Positions 11,896-29,420 of a stretch of DNA of 64,000 nt are shown here, piece after piece. Position 1 is the first letter of the stretch, and every line of letters starts with the position of its first letter. The stretch is from the human T2T-CHM13v2.0 reference genome, Homo sapiens. The notes beneath the pieces were generated by a model that was not told the DNA's origin, did not search any database, and saw nothing but the letters and a program-made list of their open reading frames with translations. The stretch lies in assembly GCF_009914755.1 (NCBI RefSeq), contig NC_060941.1; one strand, written 5' to 3'. The translations under genes were made by a program, and so were the position numbers.

Positions 11896-13296
11896 AATTT
11901 AGGATGAGAAATGAAAGGGGTGGGGGGCACTGTAATGAGGTGACCTTGTAAATCATTCCAGACCGACTTTGTCCCCACCCACACCTTGCTCAGAAGAATC
12001 ATCTCTAACCTCCAGCCTCTGCTTCCATCACTGCTGGGGACAGGAAGCTTATCCTCTTCACACAGCACAATTTTAGGCCAGTTCTAATTATTAAATGGTT
12101 CTTCTTAAAATTTCTTCTCTTATATTTTCAGCTTCCAGGCCTTGGTTCTGCTCCCTGGGGCCGCTTCTTGGTGAAATATTCTCCCTGCCAATGAGCAGGT
12201 TTTGACTTTCACGGAGAGTCAGAATGTGAGATGGCTTTAGCTATGCCAGGATTTCTAGGCTATTTTTAACCGAGGGGTTTGGGCTTGAATCAGATCTTTT
12301 TTGAAACTCAGTGTTTCCATTGGTTCTGCAAGAGGCTCCCTGGCACATACGGTAGCCTAAGTTTCTCAGTTTCTCGTTCTCTGCAGAAAAAAATTGTCCA
12401 TTGTGCCAGTGTTAAGGTTCCTAGCTGGATATATTGAGACCCATAGTCTCTGGACCAAGTTTCCCTTTGAAAGTGGTACATGCACGGAGGGCCCATGGTG
12501 TTTTGTCATAATCATGCCTTTTTTCTTGCTAAGTGACATTGAGGTATGATTTTGTGCTCGAGAAAGCACCGGGGCATCCCATACCTTCCTGTACCACGTG
12601 TGCTCTGAGCTTGGTTTCCTGTGTTAGTTCCTGTGTGTTTCTAGTGTGTTTGAGTTTGCTCTGTTAGGGGGCAGGGTGTTGGCAGCTGAGGCACACTTCA
12701 AAACAAGTGTGGAGCTGAGCCGGGAGAGAAGAAGTGGCGTGAACATCCCCAGGGACGAATACCCAGGAGGAACTGAACGATGCTTGTGCTGAACTGCAGA
12801 CAGAACTCAAGCATGCCATTAAAATGCTTCCCCTCCCCCAAGAGTGATGCCCACCGCCTCCAGATAAAAGCTGGGAGGTACACATTCATTTGCAAGCATC
12901 AATTGAATTTATGTTAAAATTTAAAAGTCTGGCATATGAAATGATATGAGAAGAAAGGTGCTTTATGGTTTCCAAAAAATGTGATATTTACTTCTGTGAA
13001 AATGCTCAGGGTCCAGGTGGTTTGACATTTCTTTATTGTTCCTTTCAGTCTATGCCCAGGCTGGCCCACAGGGGCCCTGGTGGAGCCCTTTCCCTCCCCC
13101 TCACTTCCTCTTCTTGTTTTCTGCTCTTGTCTCTCTTTTCTAAGCTGCTGAACCTCGAATGTTTTGAGAAGTCCCATTTTATTCCACATTCCCTGTTATT
13201 TACTCTGTAGCACCCACAGGCAAATGAATTTCTCTTGCTGATATTGATCTCTTCTTAGATCCATATCTTAGATCTCTCTTAGAAACCAGAGCTTGC

Positions 13297-13507
<211 letters not shown>

Positions 13508-13700
13508 TGTAACCAGAGCTTGTGGATCAGAGACTGGATCATAGAGGGACAGAATATAATACCCTCTGTGTCTGTCCCAGGCTGGGACCATGCCTTCCAC
13601 AGGCTTCGGCTAGAGAACTTCTGAAGAACTACATTAGACCTGGCTCCATATAGGGGTTCTGGTCATGGATGACACTAATCCTTCAACTCTTTCAACTTGA

Positions 13701-14042
<342 letters not shown>

Positions 14043-14587
14043 CTCTTGGTTCCTTTTGAAAGCCCTGTAACAAGTTCTCTGAAGTCACTCTTCTCATACC
14101 TTTAGAGTCTTTGCTTTTTACTTCATATAAAAGGCAGGGGTTTGGGCACTGGATCCTTCACTTATGTCCACATTTACCCCAGTAAATTTCCATTTCCTAC
14201 AACTGCCTTCTCTTTTTGCAGGGATCACAGAAATTGCTTACATTTTCTAAACCCAGCCTTTCCATCTGAGCCCTTAGGACAAACCTATTTTCAACTTCAA
14301 GTTGCTCATCTCTCTTTCTACAAGGTTTCTCCTTTCTTCTCCCCATGTTGCTTCAACAAGTGAACGTCCTTCCACCTTAGTCGGGAGAGCGGGGCAAGAG
14401 GAGTTCTGATCTGTATACTGTTGTCTTGACTGTATTACATTCTGTCTTTTCCTTCAAACTTCTTCTGTTTAACTTGCTGCAATTCACACTTACTGCATTA
14501 TAGAAGTCCCCTTGCCACTTTCTTTTAAGTAGTTTAGACTCCACTTATATTTGGTCAATAATGTTTTAATTAGAAAATATAAAAATC

Positions 14588-14893
<306 letters not shown>

Positions 14894-16056
14894 TCATCCA
14901 TAATCCCCACCACTGGAGACAGTAGTGGTGAGCACAGCAGATAGCAGATAAACATTTTTTCACTTTTAGTCTTTATCTACCTGTGTACATTTAATATTTA
15001 TGTGGTTCCTACAATTTTGTGTTCTTTTTCTCTTAATGTTATTTTGAAATCTCTTGGATGTCAAGAAAATCTTGTTATTACAATATCTTCTGGCCTTTCT
15101 CTTTTCTCACTCTCTAGAACCTCTGAGAGATACAATATATGCAATATATTTAGTATATATTATATAACATACTCATTATATATTATATTATATAAAATAT
15201 GATATATTTAGCATATATAACATGTGTATATATTTATATGTTCTACGTATATAGCATATATCATACATATGTTACAATATATGTATAACACATGTAATAT
15301 ATTAAGTATGTGTATATGTATATGGTATATATTATAACATATAGGGTATATATTTTATATGTTATATATGTCTATGTATATATATCATATAATATATGTA
15401 ATCTATATATGTCAGTGTATACTGTATATTTTATATAATATATACATATTATTATACATTACTATAATATATAACATATAATATATTATATATTATATTA
15501 TGTATTATATATTATGATTATGTATTTATGATTTATATTATTTATTTGCACATTTATATTATAATATATAACATATATGTTATAATATACTATATAATAT
15601 ATAATATACATTATATAAATATACATGTTACATATATAACATATGTATACATATATAGTAACATATATACAGATAATAACATACATAATATAACATGTTA
15701 CAAATCATATATTTTATTACCTAATATATACTACATACATTTATATACTACATACATTTATATACTACATATATACATTTATATACATTTATATATACAT
15801 TTACATACATTCATATATACATTTATATACTACTACATTTATATACTACATACATACATACATATAATTATACACTACATACATTTATTACATAATATAT
15901 ACTACATACATTTATATCCATATACATATCACATGTATTATATAACATATAACATTACACATATTACTTATATAGCCCATAACATATAACATATATTAGA
16001 TCCCTATATTATATAACATATAATATTATATGTATTGTATGATCCCTACAAGAACA

Positions 16057-16265
16057 CTGCAGTGAGCTCTGATGGTACCACTTCACTCCAGCCTGGGTGT
16101 CCAAGAGAGAACCTGTACCTAAAAAAAAAAAAGTAACCAGAGCTTGTGGATCAGAGACTCGATCACAGAGGGACAGAGTATAATACTTTCTGTATCTGCT
16201 CCAGGCTGGGACCATGCCTTTCCCAGGCTTCTGCTAGAGGAATTTGGAAGAACTACATTAGATCC
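16057..16265 (+). repeat. Dispersed direct copy of 13434-13640 (AluJ 3' end, A-tail and unique flank)
   Basis: gtaaccagagcttgtggatcagagact.gatca.agagggacaga.tataatac...ccaggctgggaccatgcctt...gaagaactacattaga present at both sites. Confidence 0.95.
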
Positions 16266-16274
16266 GTTAGAAGC

Positions 16275-16421
16275 TCTGAGGCAAGGGCATTGCATAAGCA
16301 GAAAGAGAGTGACATCTCAGTTTGTTGTTTAAACAGTAACTGTGGCTAAGTGAAGTGTGTTTGACACAAACATGGTGCTCCTTAAATGCTTAATGAATGA
16401 ATGAGCACATGAATGAAGGAA
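16275..16421 (+). repeat. Dispersed direct copy of 18501-18649
   Basis: tctgaggcaagggcattgcataagcagaaagagagtgacatct identical at both sites; similarity continues to tgaaggaa. Confidence 0.95.
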
Positions 16422-16864
16422 TACATATATAGTATTGTGTGTATCACATATAATATATGTAATGTATTATGTATATGTATATATACATGCTAAATATAAA
16501 AGATGTTCTTTTTAACTGTGGGATTTTCTTTTTCATGTGTCATTCTGCAGATGAACAGAAATAAAAAATTATTTAAAAAAGAAATCCACAAGTATAAATG
16601 TAGTCTGATGATCTATTTTATATTTTTAAAACTACTAAGACGATGTTCCCGACTCTTACTTTGGCAGCTGTGGTAAGCTCTTAGGCTGTCTCTGGCAAGA
16701 TGTTCCACTCAGTGTCCCCTGCAGGGTGATGCCATTTGACTTTGGACAAGTCCTTTACTCTTTTAATCCAGTGATGTTGACTGTGGGTAGGGAATGCTGA
16801 TATGGTAATACTGATCCTGGTATAGTGAGGGCTGGGTGAATAGCCCTAAGGAAGAAAATAAGTA

Positions 16865-17371
<507 letters not shown>

Positions 17372-17659
17372 TCAGAAAATAAACTCATTTCTTTATAGGT
17401 TATTATTATTAATACACATTTACTGAAAGCCATGTATTTGGAGAATATTGTGCTTCAGGAAACACACAAAAACCTAAATTACACCATATATGCTAAGCAG
17501 CAGATAAGTATTATAAACAATCCTAGAACCCTAAACTGGGTGTCAGGAGACTTGAGTTTTAGCTCTGGCTCTGAAAATAAGAGAGCTACCTTAACACTTT
17601 CTGCTAAGGGGTAAGTTTACGGATTGATTTCCAGATTTTTTCCTATTTAAGTTGTTGTC

Positions 17660-18340
17660 ATTATTAACTAGCACTTATTGACTATTGATTATGTGCCAGG
17701 AATCATGCTGGGTGCTTTGAATGAATTATTTGTTTGATAATGTTAACATCATGAAGAAGAACTTTTTTATCAACTTTATTGAGGTATAGTTGACAAATAG
17801 AAATTGTACATATGTAAGGTATACAACTTGATGTTTTGATATATATATATATTGTGAAATGATTACCACAGTCAAGGTAGTTAACATGTTCATCACCTCA
17901 CAGTTACCATTTTTAATTGTGTTGAGAACATTTAAGATCTACTATTTTCACAAATTTCAAATACATAATACGATATTGTTAACTATAGTCAATCTGCTGT
18001 ACTTTAGATCTACAGAACATATTCGTCCTGCATAATCGAGACTTTGTACCCTTTGACCAACCGCTTTCCCACACCTCTTTGCTTCTATGAGTTTGACTCT
18101 TCTAGATTCCACCTATGAGTGAGATCATGTCATATTTTTCATCCTCTGTCTGGAATATTTCACTTAACATAATGTCCTCCAAGTTCATCCATGTTGTCAA
18201 AAATGGTAGTCTTATTATCCCTACCTGAGAGATGGGGGAATTCGGGTTTAGAAAAGTTATGTAACTTGCTTGGTGTCCCATAGCTAATGAATATTGGTTC
18301 AAGGGCTGAAATTTGGGTCTCCCTGCCTGCAGATCTCAGG
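17660..18340 (-). mobile_element. MIR split by L1 insertion
   Basis: ttattgactattgattatgtgccaggaatcatgctgggtgcttt before the L1; ttattatccctacctgagagatggggga..gttatgtaacttgct..gctgaaatttgggtc after it. Confidence 0.65.
17763..18207 (-). mobile_element. L1MA9/10-type 3' end
   Basis: actttattgaggtatagttgacaaata..gaaatgattaccacagtcaag..gattccacctatgagtgagatcatg..cttaacataatgtcctccaagttcatccatgttgtc. Confidence 0.9.
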
Positions 18341-19735
18341 AGGCCGACCCTTTATTGCTGTCATTAGAATGGCAGCCAGAAGAAGGAAGTCCAGCCGAAG
18401 GCTGAAGCTGTGCGGGAATGCAAGCTTGATGGAGGAGGTGCAGGTAGGAGATGCATCCTGAGGAAGGGCAGGACTTAGATTTGCAGATAGGAGGATAACT
18501 TCTGAGGCAAGGGCATTGCATAAGCAGAAAGAGAGTGACATCTTGGTTTGTTGCTTAAATAGCAACTCTATGGCTAAGTGAAATGTATTTGACACAAATG
18601 TGGTGTTCCTGGAATGCTTGATGAATACATGAGCCCATGAGTGAAGGAAGTGGTAGGTGGAAAGGCATGTATGGGCCATAACACATTAACCTTGGACCTA
18701 GGCAGATGCAGCCAACACATTCTCACTACTGCATTAGACAAGGGCATCAATGGAGAAGTGAAACAGCTCTTTCACATTCAGTGCAGGCTGAGACTTTGTT
18801 CCAGTCATGCAGTTGATATGCAATTGTCCATCTCAGGTAATGCATCAGTTCCAGTGGTGTTTGAATCTGTATTCTCTGTTACCATGAAGGCAGCTGTCAG
18901 CCTCCAGTATCAAATCCTCCTTCATGGCAACTAAAATGAATGAGGTGTGGGCAGTGGGCACAACTCAGCTATGGGACAGCCCCTGCCTTCTTTCCAAGTA
19001 GCCAGTTGGAATCAATCAAAATGATAAGTCAAGCCAATGTGGGTGGCCAGTAGATCGTTCCTTGGGTACAGGTGTTTGCCAGGCTTTGGCATGTGATTTT
19101 TGGGTGCAGCTAGGAAGGTTCAAAAGAGTTTTGAGGTGAGCAGAATCTAAGTCAGCACTCCTGAGGATCACGGGCCTTGGAGAGTCCAGGGCAAGCTCCT
19201 TCCTTCCCAAGGATGTAAGTGAAACTCGTCTCACTGCCAAGCCTCTTCAGCACTGTCGTTTCTCTCAGGATCCTTTGTTACACTCAGGTAATGCTAGCTA
19301 GGTGGTTTGTGCCAGGTGGGTTCCACGGGAGGAGAACATGAATACGACATCTTGGCCATCCAGGTAAGTGAGTGGACAGGTGCCCTTGTGTGAAACTTAC
19401 AATGCCGGTGAAATTGGTATAGAGCTCCTGTTCGCCCTCTGTACCATCAAGATGAGCCACGGCTGAGGCACAGATAGCCGTAGCACCATTGTGACTGCCA
19501 TCAGCACCTGGCGGGGGAGCCCTGGTTGGTCCTTCTGCAGCTTCTTCATTTAGGTTTACCAGTCAGTGAGGAGCAGAGAGGGAGCATGAGGGGAGTATTT
19601 GAGAGGAACTTGACCTTCAAATGGAGACCTGTTATTTTTAGTGCTGGATGTTGAAAAGAAAGTCTGATCCTTGACAGGGCAGGCTTTTTATATCTTTTAT
19701 GTTTCTTTCTCTAACCATAAAAATCTAATAATACG

Positions 19736-20575
<840 letters not shown>

Positions 20576-21249
20576 ACAGTTTGGGTTCTGGTTTTAATTA
20601 TGGGCCCCATCGATATGGGGATTAGTTTGACACTTTATGAGTGAAACTATAAGCCTTTGCAATTTGGGGGAAAATGCTACATTCGGGTGAAGTGGTTCTT
20701 GAGGTGAATATTCAGGCTGATCTAGGGTTATATTTTCTTTTTTTGGAAGAAAAAGGAAGACGGAGTTCCACTTCCTCCTGTCTTTCGGCTTTGGTCTGCC
20801 TCACAGGAATTCAGCAGGAGACTGAGAGGAAAGAGATTGTTCAGCAGTCAGCAGAAATCCATTTTCTCTGGTTTCTTCCTTCCATTTTGCTAGCATCACC
20901 TCCAACATGATTCCACATCTCCGGAGCTTCAGCCTTCGCTTGGCGATTTGGTGCTCATGTAAAAAGATTTCTCATCATTAGGTTTTGATGAGACTGGCTT
21001 AGTTCATGAAAGAAAAGAAGCAGGTTTGCTTTCCCCCTGCAGCCTAGTGTGAGGCCAATCAGGGCTGTGATTTATTCTGCTAAAAGAAAAATCTCCCAGG
21101 TCAGAAGATGGGAGAGAAGTGCCGAAATGCTTCATGTTCACCAGGTAAAATCTCAGTAATTCAAACTTGGTATCAGAATGACCTCCCTGAGTTCAGGGCA
21201 TTTCAACCACAGCAGGCTCAGCCCAGACTTCTGTTAACCCTTTCTGTTT

Positions 21250-22830
<1,581 letters not shown>

Positions 22831-23707
22831 TAATTTTTTATGATTATGAAATGATTTAAATAGACAAAAATTATTAGGACAACCGGGTACCCACCACCCA
22901 GATTTAACACATGTTAACATTTTGCCATAGGTACTTTAGGTTCCATTTACTTTCCATTGTTTGGAAATGGGTTCAACTCTTTCCACTACCAATGTTCCTT
23001 ATCCTGTTTCTTTCTCCATTATGTGCTTGTGATTCAAAAAGAAATAACTGCATTACTATTAGGTTTTAAGAGAGATGAGAAGCAGAGATATGTACTTAGT
23101 TTGCCATCTTAAACTGGTAGCCTAGCCAGATCTTTACTGTAATAATTTAAAAGACTTTGATCTAGCCTGGTATTTGTCAGTTTACTTTCAATAGGAACTT
23201 GGCGGAATAGAAAGTAATCAGATTTCACTGCAAATACTGAAGTTTTGTTTTTCCTTTCAGCCATTCAACCTATTATGTTAAGTTCCTACTATGTGCTCAG
23301 CACTTAAATAAAATCTTTGGGGGAAATACAAAAGAAGCTAAAAATACGGTTTTTGCCAAAGAGTTAGGAGGACAAAATTAATGGACATGCTGATCTTTAA
23401 AGGTTAGATATGTAACTTCCAGCTGTGTGATGCTTTAAAGTTTATAAATTGCTTTGCCAAGGCTCCTCATTTGATCTCTAAAACAACTAAGTGAGTGAGG
23501 CATGGATCATGTTATGAGTCTATTTTAGAGAGAAAAGAAATTAGTGTTGAGCATAGGCAGAGGGAAGGCTGTATGATGAGGCTGTCCTTGGCCTGGAATT
23601 TGATGTGTATGCAGTGTCCAGGTGATGGAGAATTGGAGGGTGTCCCCAACTGCTATCTTTTTCACTGCCTCATAATGAATTTCCTTTCTTAGCATGAAAA
23701 GAAAAGA

Positions 23708-23969
23708 GGCAGGGCAGGTGGCTCATGTCTGTAATCCCAGCACTTTGGGAGACTGAGGAGGGCAGATCACTTGAGCCTAGGAGTTCAAGACCATCCTTGG
23801 CAACACAGTGAGACCTCACCTCTATATAAATTACACAACTTAACTGGGCATGGTGGCACATGCCTATAGTTCCAGCTGCTTGGGAGATTGAGGTGGAAGG
23901 ATCAGTTGAGCCCAGGCTCACAGCACTGCACTCCAGCTTGGGCAACAGAGCAAAATCCTGTCTCAAAAA
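23708..23969 (+). mobile_element. AluJ
   Basis: gatcacttgagcctaggagttc, gaaggatcagttgagcccagg; internal deletion in right arm. Confidence 0.9.
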
Positions 23970-23982
23970 ACAGAAAGAAAGA

Positions 23983-24043
<61 letters not shown>

Positions 24044-24235
24044 AGGAAGGAAAGAAAGAAGGAAAGAAAAGAAAAGAAAAGAAAGAAAGGAGGGAGAAAG
24101 GGAGGGAGGCAGAAAGAGAGAGAGAGAAAGAAAGAGAGGAGAAAGAAGAAAGAAGAAAAAGAAAGAGAAAGAAAAGAGAGAAAGAAAGAAAAGAGAGAGA
24201 GAGAAAGAGGAAAGAAAGAAAGAAGGAGAAAGATG
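23970..24235. repeat. (GAAA)n / GA-rich tract derived from Alu tail
   Basis: Almost pure purine tract with a long (GAAA)n run. Confidence 0.95.
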
Positions 24236-24639
24236 ACTGAGGTTTCAAGAGAAAGTGGACTCTACAAGGTTACAAATGGAAAATTATTAGAACTAAAATC
24301 ATCCTTTCTTTCTTTCCCAATTAAGCAATTTTTTATTTAAAAAGTTGTAAAAGGCTATAGTTTTACTACAAGGGCCTTTCCATCACACAAGCAACAGCTA
24401 ATCACATTGAAATCCTGACTGGGCTTTCAATGTGGACTAAACATATAGCATGGAATAGGTACAGAATAGAATGCCAGAATTTAGGGATTTTGTGGACTCT
24501 TTTTTACTAAAGTATTCTTAGTTAATGAAACAGGGCCTTTTTTTCTAATTATAAAGAAATAAAAAAGCAATACATTGTCATCGTAAAAGATTTAGACAAC
24601 ATGAAACACAGTAAAAAAGCAAATAATAATCATCGCTCA

Positions 24640-25585
24640 TCAAGGGCTATTACTTCCAGCAATGACGGATGAGGTCATTTGGATCAATTCTCTGTCTGAA
24701 CATCTACAGAAGAAAGGCAAATATGAAAAAAAAAAATCCTTATGAAACCATTGCAGAATTAACGAGACAGTGAAGAATTACCAGGCCAAGGTCCATGGGG
24801 AAGACAGAAATTCAGAAGTGAGATCGCCAGGCAGGGCAGTTTTCTCCTGGAAGCACTACTGATTCTATGTGTTGCTGGAAGATGAGAGGTAAGTCAGACT
24901 TCAGACAGCTTTGCTGAGCTAGAGGAATAAGAATTGGAGTCTAGGACTTGCTAACAGTAGAAACATTGATGAATCACCTGGAGTTGGGTTGGGACCTTCA
25001 ATGACTGCCCTTCAGGAGTAAAGATGAACCAGAAATAATCTAGCCCTCAGTCTCACATCATCTCGGTGGCCCAATCATGACAGAAAAGTTGAGAAAACCA
25101 TGATTAATAAGGATGACCTAATTGACATTTATGGGAAATTTCATCTAAGAACCACTGACTGCACATTCATTTTTTTTCTTTTTTTTTTTTATTATACTTT
25201 AAGTTCTAGGGTACTTGTGCACAATGTGCAGGTTTGTTACATATGTATACATGTGCCATGTTGGTGTGCTGCACCCGTTAACTTGTCATTTACATTAGGT
25301 GTATCTCCTAATACTATCCCTCCTCCCTCCCTCCACCCCACGACAGGCCCCGGTGTGTGATGTTCCCCACCCTGTGTCCAGGTGTTCTCATTGTTCAATT
25401 CCCACCTATGAGTGAGAACATGTGGTGTTTGGTTTTCCGTCCTTGCGATAGTTTGCTGAGAATGATGGTTTCCAGCTTTATCCATGTCCCTACAAAGGAC
25501 ATGAACTCATCCTTTTTTATGGCTGCATAGTATTGCATGGTGATTGCACATTCATTTTAAGATCACATGGCACATTTACAAACTA
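24640..25585 (+). mobile_element. Ancient L1M 5' / ORF2 endonuclease-region fragments
   Basis: gacctaattgacatttatggg..tcatctaagaaccactgactgcacattcatttt..aagatcacatggcacatttacaaa. Confidence 0.55.
25173..25541 (-). mobile_element. 5'-truncated L1PA (about PA5/6) 3' end
   Basis: ttattatactttaagttctagggtac..ccccacgacaggccccggtgtgtgatgttcccc; TSD ga(c/t)tgcacattcatttt. Confidence 0.95.
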
Positions 25586-25656
25586 AAAAGAAAATTTAAA
25601 AATAAAACCACGTTGAAAATGTATCACTGACATCTTTTTACATCAGTTACAGAGTT

Positions 25657-25734
25657 TATGGTGCATTTTTCTTTTATTTATTTTTTGTTTTTCCTTTTAC
25701 TGTGACCCCTTTTTGGTGAATATGGTGCATTTTT
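25657..25734 (-). mobile_element. 50-bp A-tailed micro-insertion with 14-bp TSD
   Basis: tatggtgcattttt at 25657-25670 and 25721-25734 flanking a T-rich tract plus about 25 nt of unique sequence. Confidence 0.65.
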
Positions 25735-26585
25735 AAATATAAAGGTCCACTAAGTAGTCAGGAGTGTCATAAAGTAGGTGTTAAAGTGGCTCAGTCTTTT
25801 GCTGTTTAAAAACACGTTTTTTATTTGCATGGCACGTTGTGATGGTGTCTCATGTCAATGCATTTTGTCACCTGCTGTGATTTTCTTCTTCATTTACGCC
25901 ATCTTGGCTTATCATAAACTAGTAGAATGAGTACTTTACCTGCAGAATTCTCTCCTGATTCCCTCTAGGAACCTCAGTCCTAACCAGACCTCAGATAGGG
26001 TTAAAGGGTGGGGGCAGTCAGGGACTTGGGTTAAGGATATTCCCCTCCCCAGTTCCAGAACTGTAGAGATAAGTAGTAGAAACAGAGAGGAGGGTAGTCA
26101 TGATTTGTTGAATTAAACAGAATTTATTTAAAATAAATTTCTTTATTGGAGTAGTAGATGCACATGATTAAAAAATTAAAATGTTTGAAGGGTTTATAAA
26201 TATAAAACACTATGTTTTATCTTTTCTATTACTAAATTCTTTTACTCAGAGGCAATGACTTTGAACTCTTTAAGCTATTTCTACTGGTAGCTGTAAATAA
26301 TATGCCTATGCTGCAATATATATATTTGTTTCAGTTGTAGACATTATATTTTGACTTTGGACTATGATAGGTGAGGACTTATCTCATTCATAATTTCGTT
26401 CCCACCCTTACCTTCTTATCCTCTTTTCTTCAATTTCAACATTAGTTTTTTTTTGGCCTCTATTCTTTACACTTATCCAATATTACATATTTGTTTATTG
26501 TTCCATCAATTATAGACAGTATCCCTCAACTCTCCTTTCCCTCTCTGCCCCCTAGCTTCTGCCACCTTTATTTAAAAGCTTTAGT

Positions 26586-26893
<308 letters not shown>

Positions 26894-27819
26894 TTACACA
26901 GTTAAAGCTGATTTCACTTATATTCTATTCTGGAAACACAACTGAGTTGTTTGCATTTTATCTATAGAAAAAGAAGAAAGTTGAAAAACAGTGTTTACAT
27001 TATTGTAACTACGTAAACATTACTCACTCTGAAACCAGGTGCTATAATAACACTTACTTTTTGTATTACTTTTTGTTTTTCCTGGGTTTCAAATGGCATC
27101 TTACTTTTCTTTGTACCACTTGCCTTTCTTATTTCTGTTTTTCTGCCCTTTTCACCCAATCACACACTGCACTGATGTTTTTCCCCCTCAGATCTTTCTC
27201 CAGGGGGCTCTGTTCTTGCACATCATCTGAACTGCTTGTTTCCTAGGTGGTCTGGAACTTCCTGTCACTGCTTTCTTGGATTGATTCCACTGGATTCTAC
27301 TTCTCATTCTCTGTTTCTTGGCATTTTCTCTCCTTTTCCTGTAGAATAACCTCAAGTAAAATTCCTAAAGACGTGGTTTGTGGGACATAAGCTTTCTGAG
27401 TCCTCTATGTTGGAACGTGATTACATTTACTGTTTACATTTGCTCACTGATTTGGCTTAGTTGAAAATCATGTTTCTTTAAAAAAGTTTGAGGATATCTC
27501 ATAATTGTTTTCTAACTTAATTATGTAATCTCATGATTATTTTCTGACCCCTATTGGTGTTCATCAAACTGATGAACAATTTGATTTTTAGTTTGTTTCT
27601 AATTCTTGGTGGGTAAGTGTTTTATTCCCTTTCAGGCTTTTGAACTTTTACCCTTAGTCTTTTAAAATAATGAAGCAGGAGGTGTGGCTTTAATAAAAAT
27701 GTAGGGCCCTTTCCAACCTTGATTATTGTGGCATTCAGCTCTGAGAAACATACTTATATTACTTCTTTGATAACCTCAGTTCTTCTGCTCTTTAAAAAAA
27801 CTTAAAAAACAATTTTATT

Positions 27820-28132
<313 letters not shown>

Positions 28133-28429
28133 TTATTGGGCTTCAGGGATGGCTCCCCAAGGTCTAATCTTTTCTCTAATATTTTTTATTCTCAGTTTGT
28201 CTATCTTTTTTTTTTAAATTCATTTGACTTTGTTAGCAAATTTTCTTTAGGGGTTTTAACTTTGTTTCTTATTTTTTAAATCTATTGTTATGGAAATTTT
28301 TGATAACATTATATATCCATATAAATGAAAGAGTTACTGCTTGCTAAGAAAGCTGGATAGTTCTTCTTCCTCATTTTCCTTATTACTTCTCTGCCAGGAC
28401 CATTACTTCAGTTTTCTGCTTTTAAATAA

Positions 28430-28812
<383 letters not shown>

Positions 28813-28936
28813 CCTTTCTTCCTCTTTTTTAAAGTTTTAAGCAGTTGACTTTTTAATGTAGAAGATAAGTTTCTTAGCTCTCTGTCTTCCCTTCACCTCC
28901 ACCAACTATCACACCCTTTCCATCCCCATCTCCCCT

Positions 28937-29420
28937 GTATTATTTATCTATTGCCACAAAATTCTACATAACAACCAACCACAAAACATCCAGTGGCATA
29001 AAACAAAAATCTTGTATTTCTCTCTCAGTTGCAGGGTTTAGATGATTTATGTCCAGCAACTCTACTGGCGTAGACTAAGCTTTCTCATGTATCTGGGAGT
29101 TGGCTGGCATTGGCTACTCTAGACTGGAGGCAGCTGGTGTGACTTGGCAACAGGGGTAATTTGGTTCTGCCTCTTTGGTCACTGATCTCGCACTAAGTTA
29201 CCCATGATACGTTCCCACGGAAATGAAAGAGGCACAAGAAGGAATGTCTATTTGAAGCCTCTGCTAACATCTCATTGGCCAAAGCAAGAGACATGATTGA
29301 TCTCAAGATCAAGAGGCAGGTTATGCCATCCTACCCATGGTGGGGTTACATGGCAACTGTGAAGTTACAGGGCAAAAGCCATGGGTAAAGAAAGAGGTGA
29401 AGAATTGGAACCATCATTGC
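28937..29420 (-). mobile_element. MLT1 (MaLR) LTR, old subfamily
   Basis: cataacaaccaaccacaaaacatccagtggcataaaacaa; ctgctaacatctcattggccaaagcaagagacatg; ggtgaagaattgg. Confidence 0.8.

Larger units (their letters stand above)
15130..16500. repeat. TA-rich low-complexity tract, interrupted at 16057-16421 by a duplicated insert
   Basis: Degenerate (TA/TATAC)n; TA-rich sequence resumes after 16421. Confidence 0.95.

Noticed and set aside
12560-13000. Cluster of E-box, ETS and GATA-like motifs as an enhancer (similar clusters near 55120-55160 and 62535-62600)
   Set aside because: Short motifs occur at chance frequency; no CpG island, and conservation or chromatin data are not available from sequence alone
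15498-15989. 153-aa Y/I/H-rich ORF
   Set aside because: Translation of the TA-rich low-complexity tract
23670-24340. Long K/E/R-rich and F/S/L-rich ORFs
   Set aside because: Artefact of the (GAAA)n Alu tail lacking stop codons
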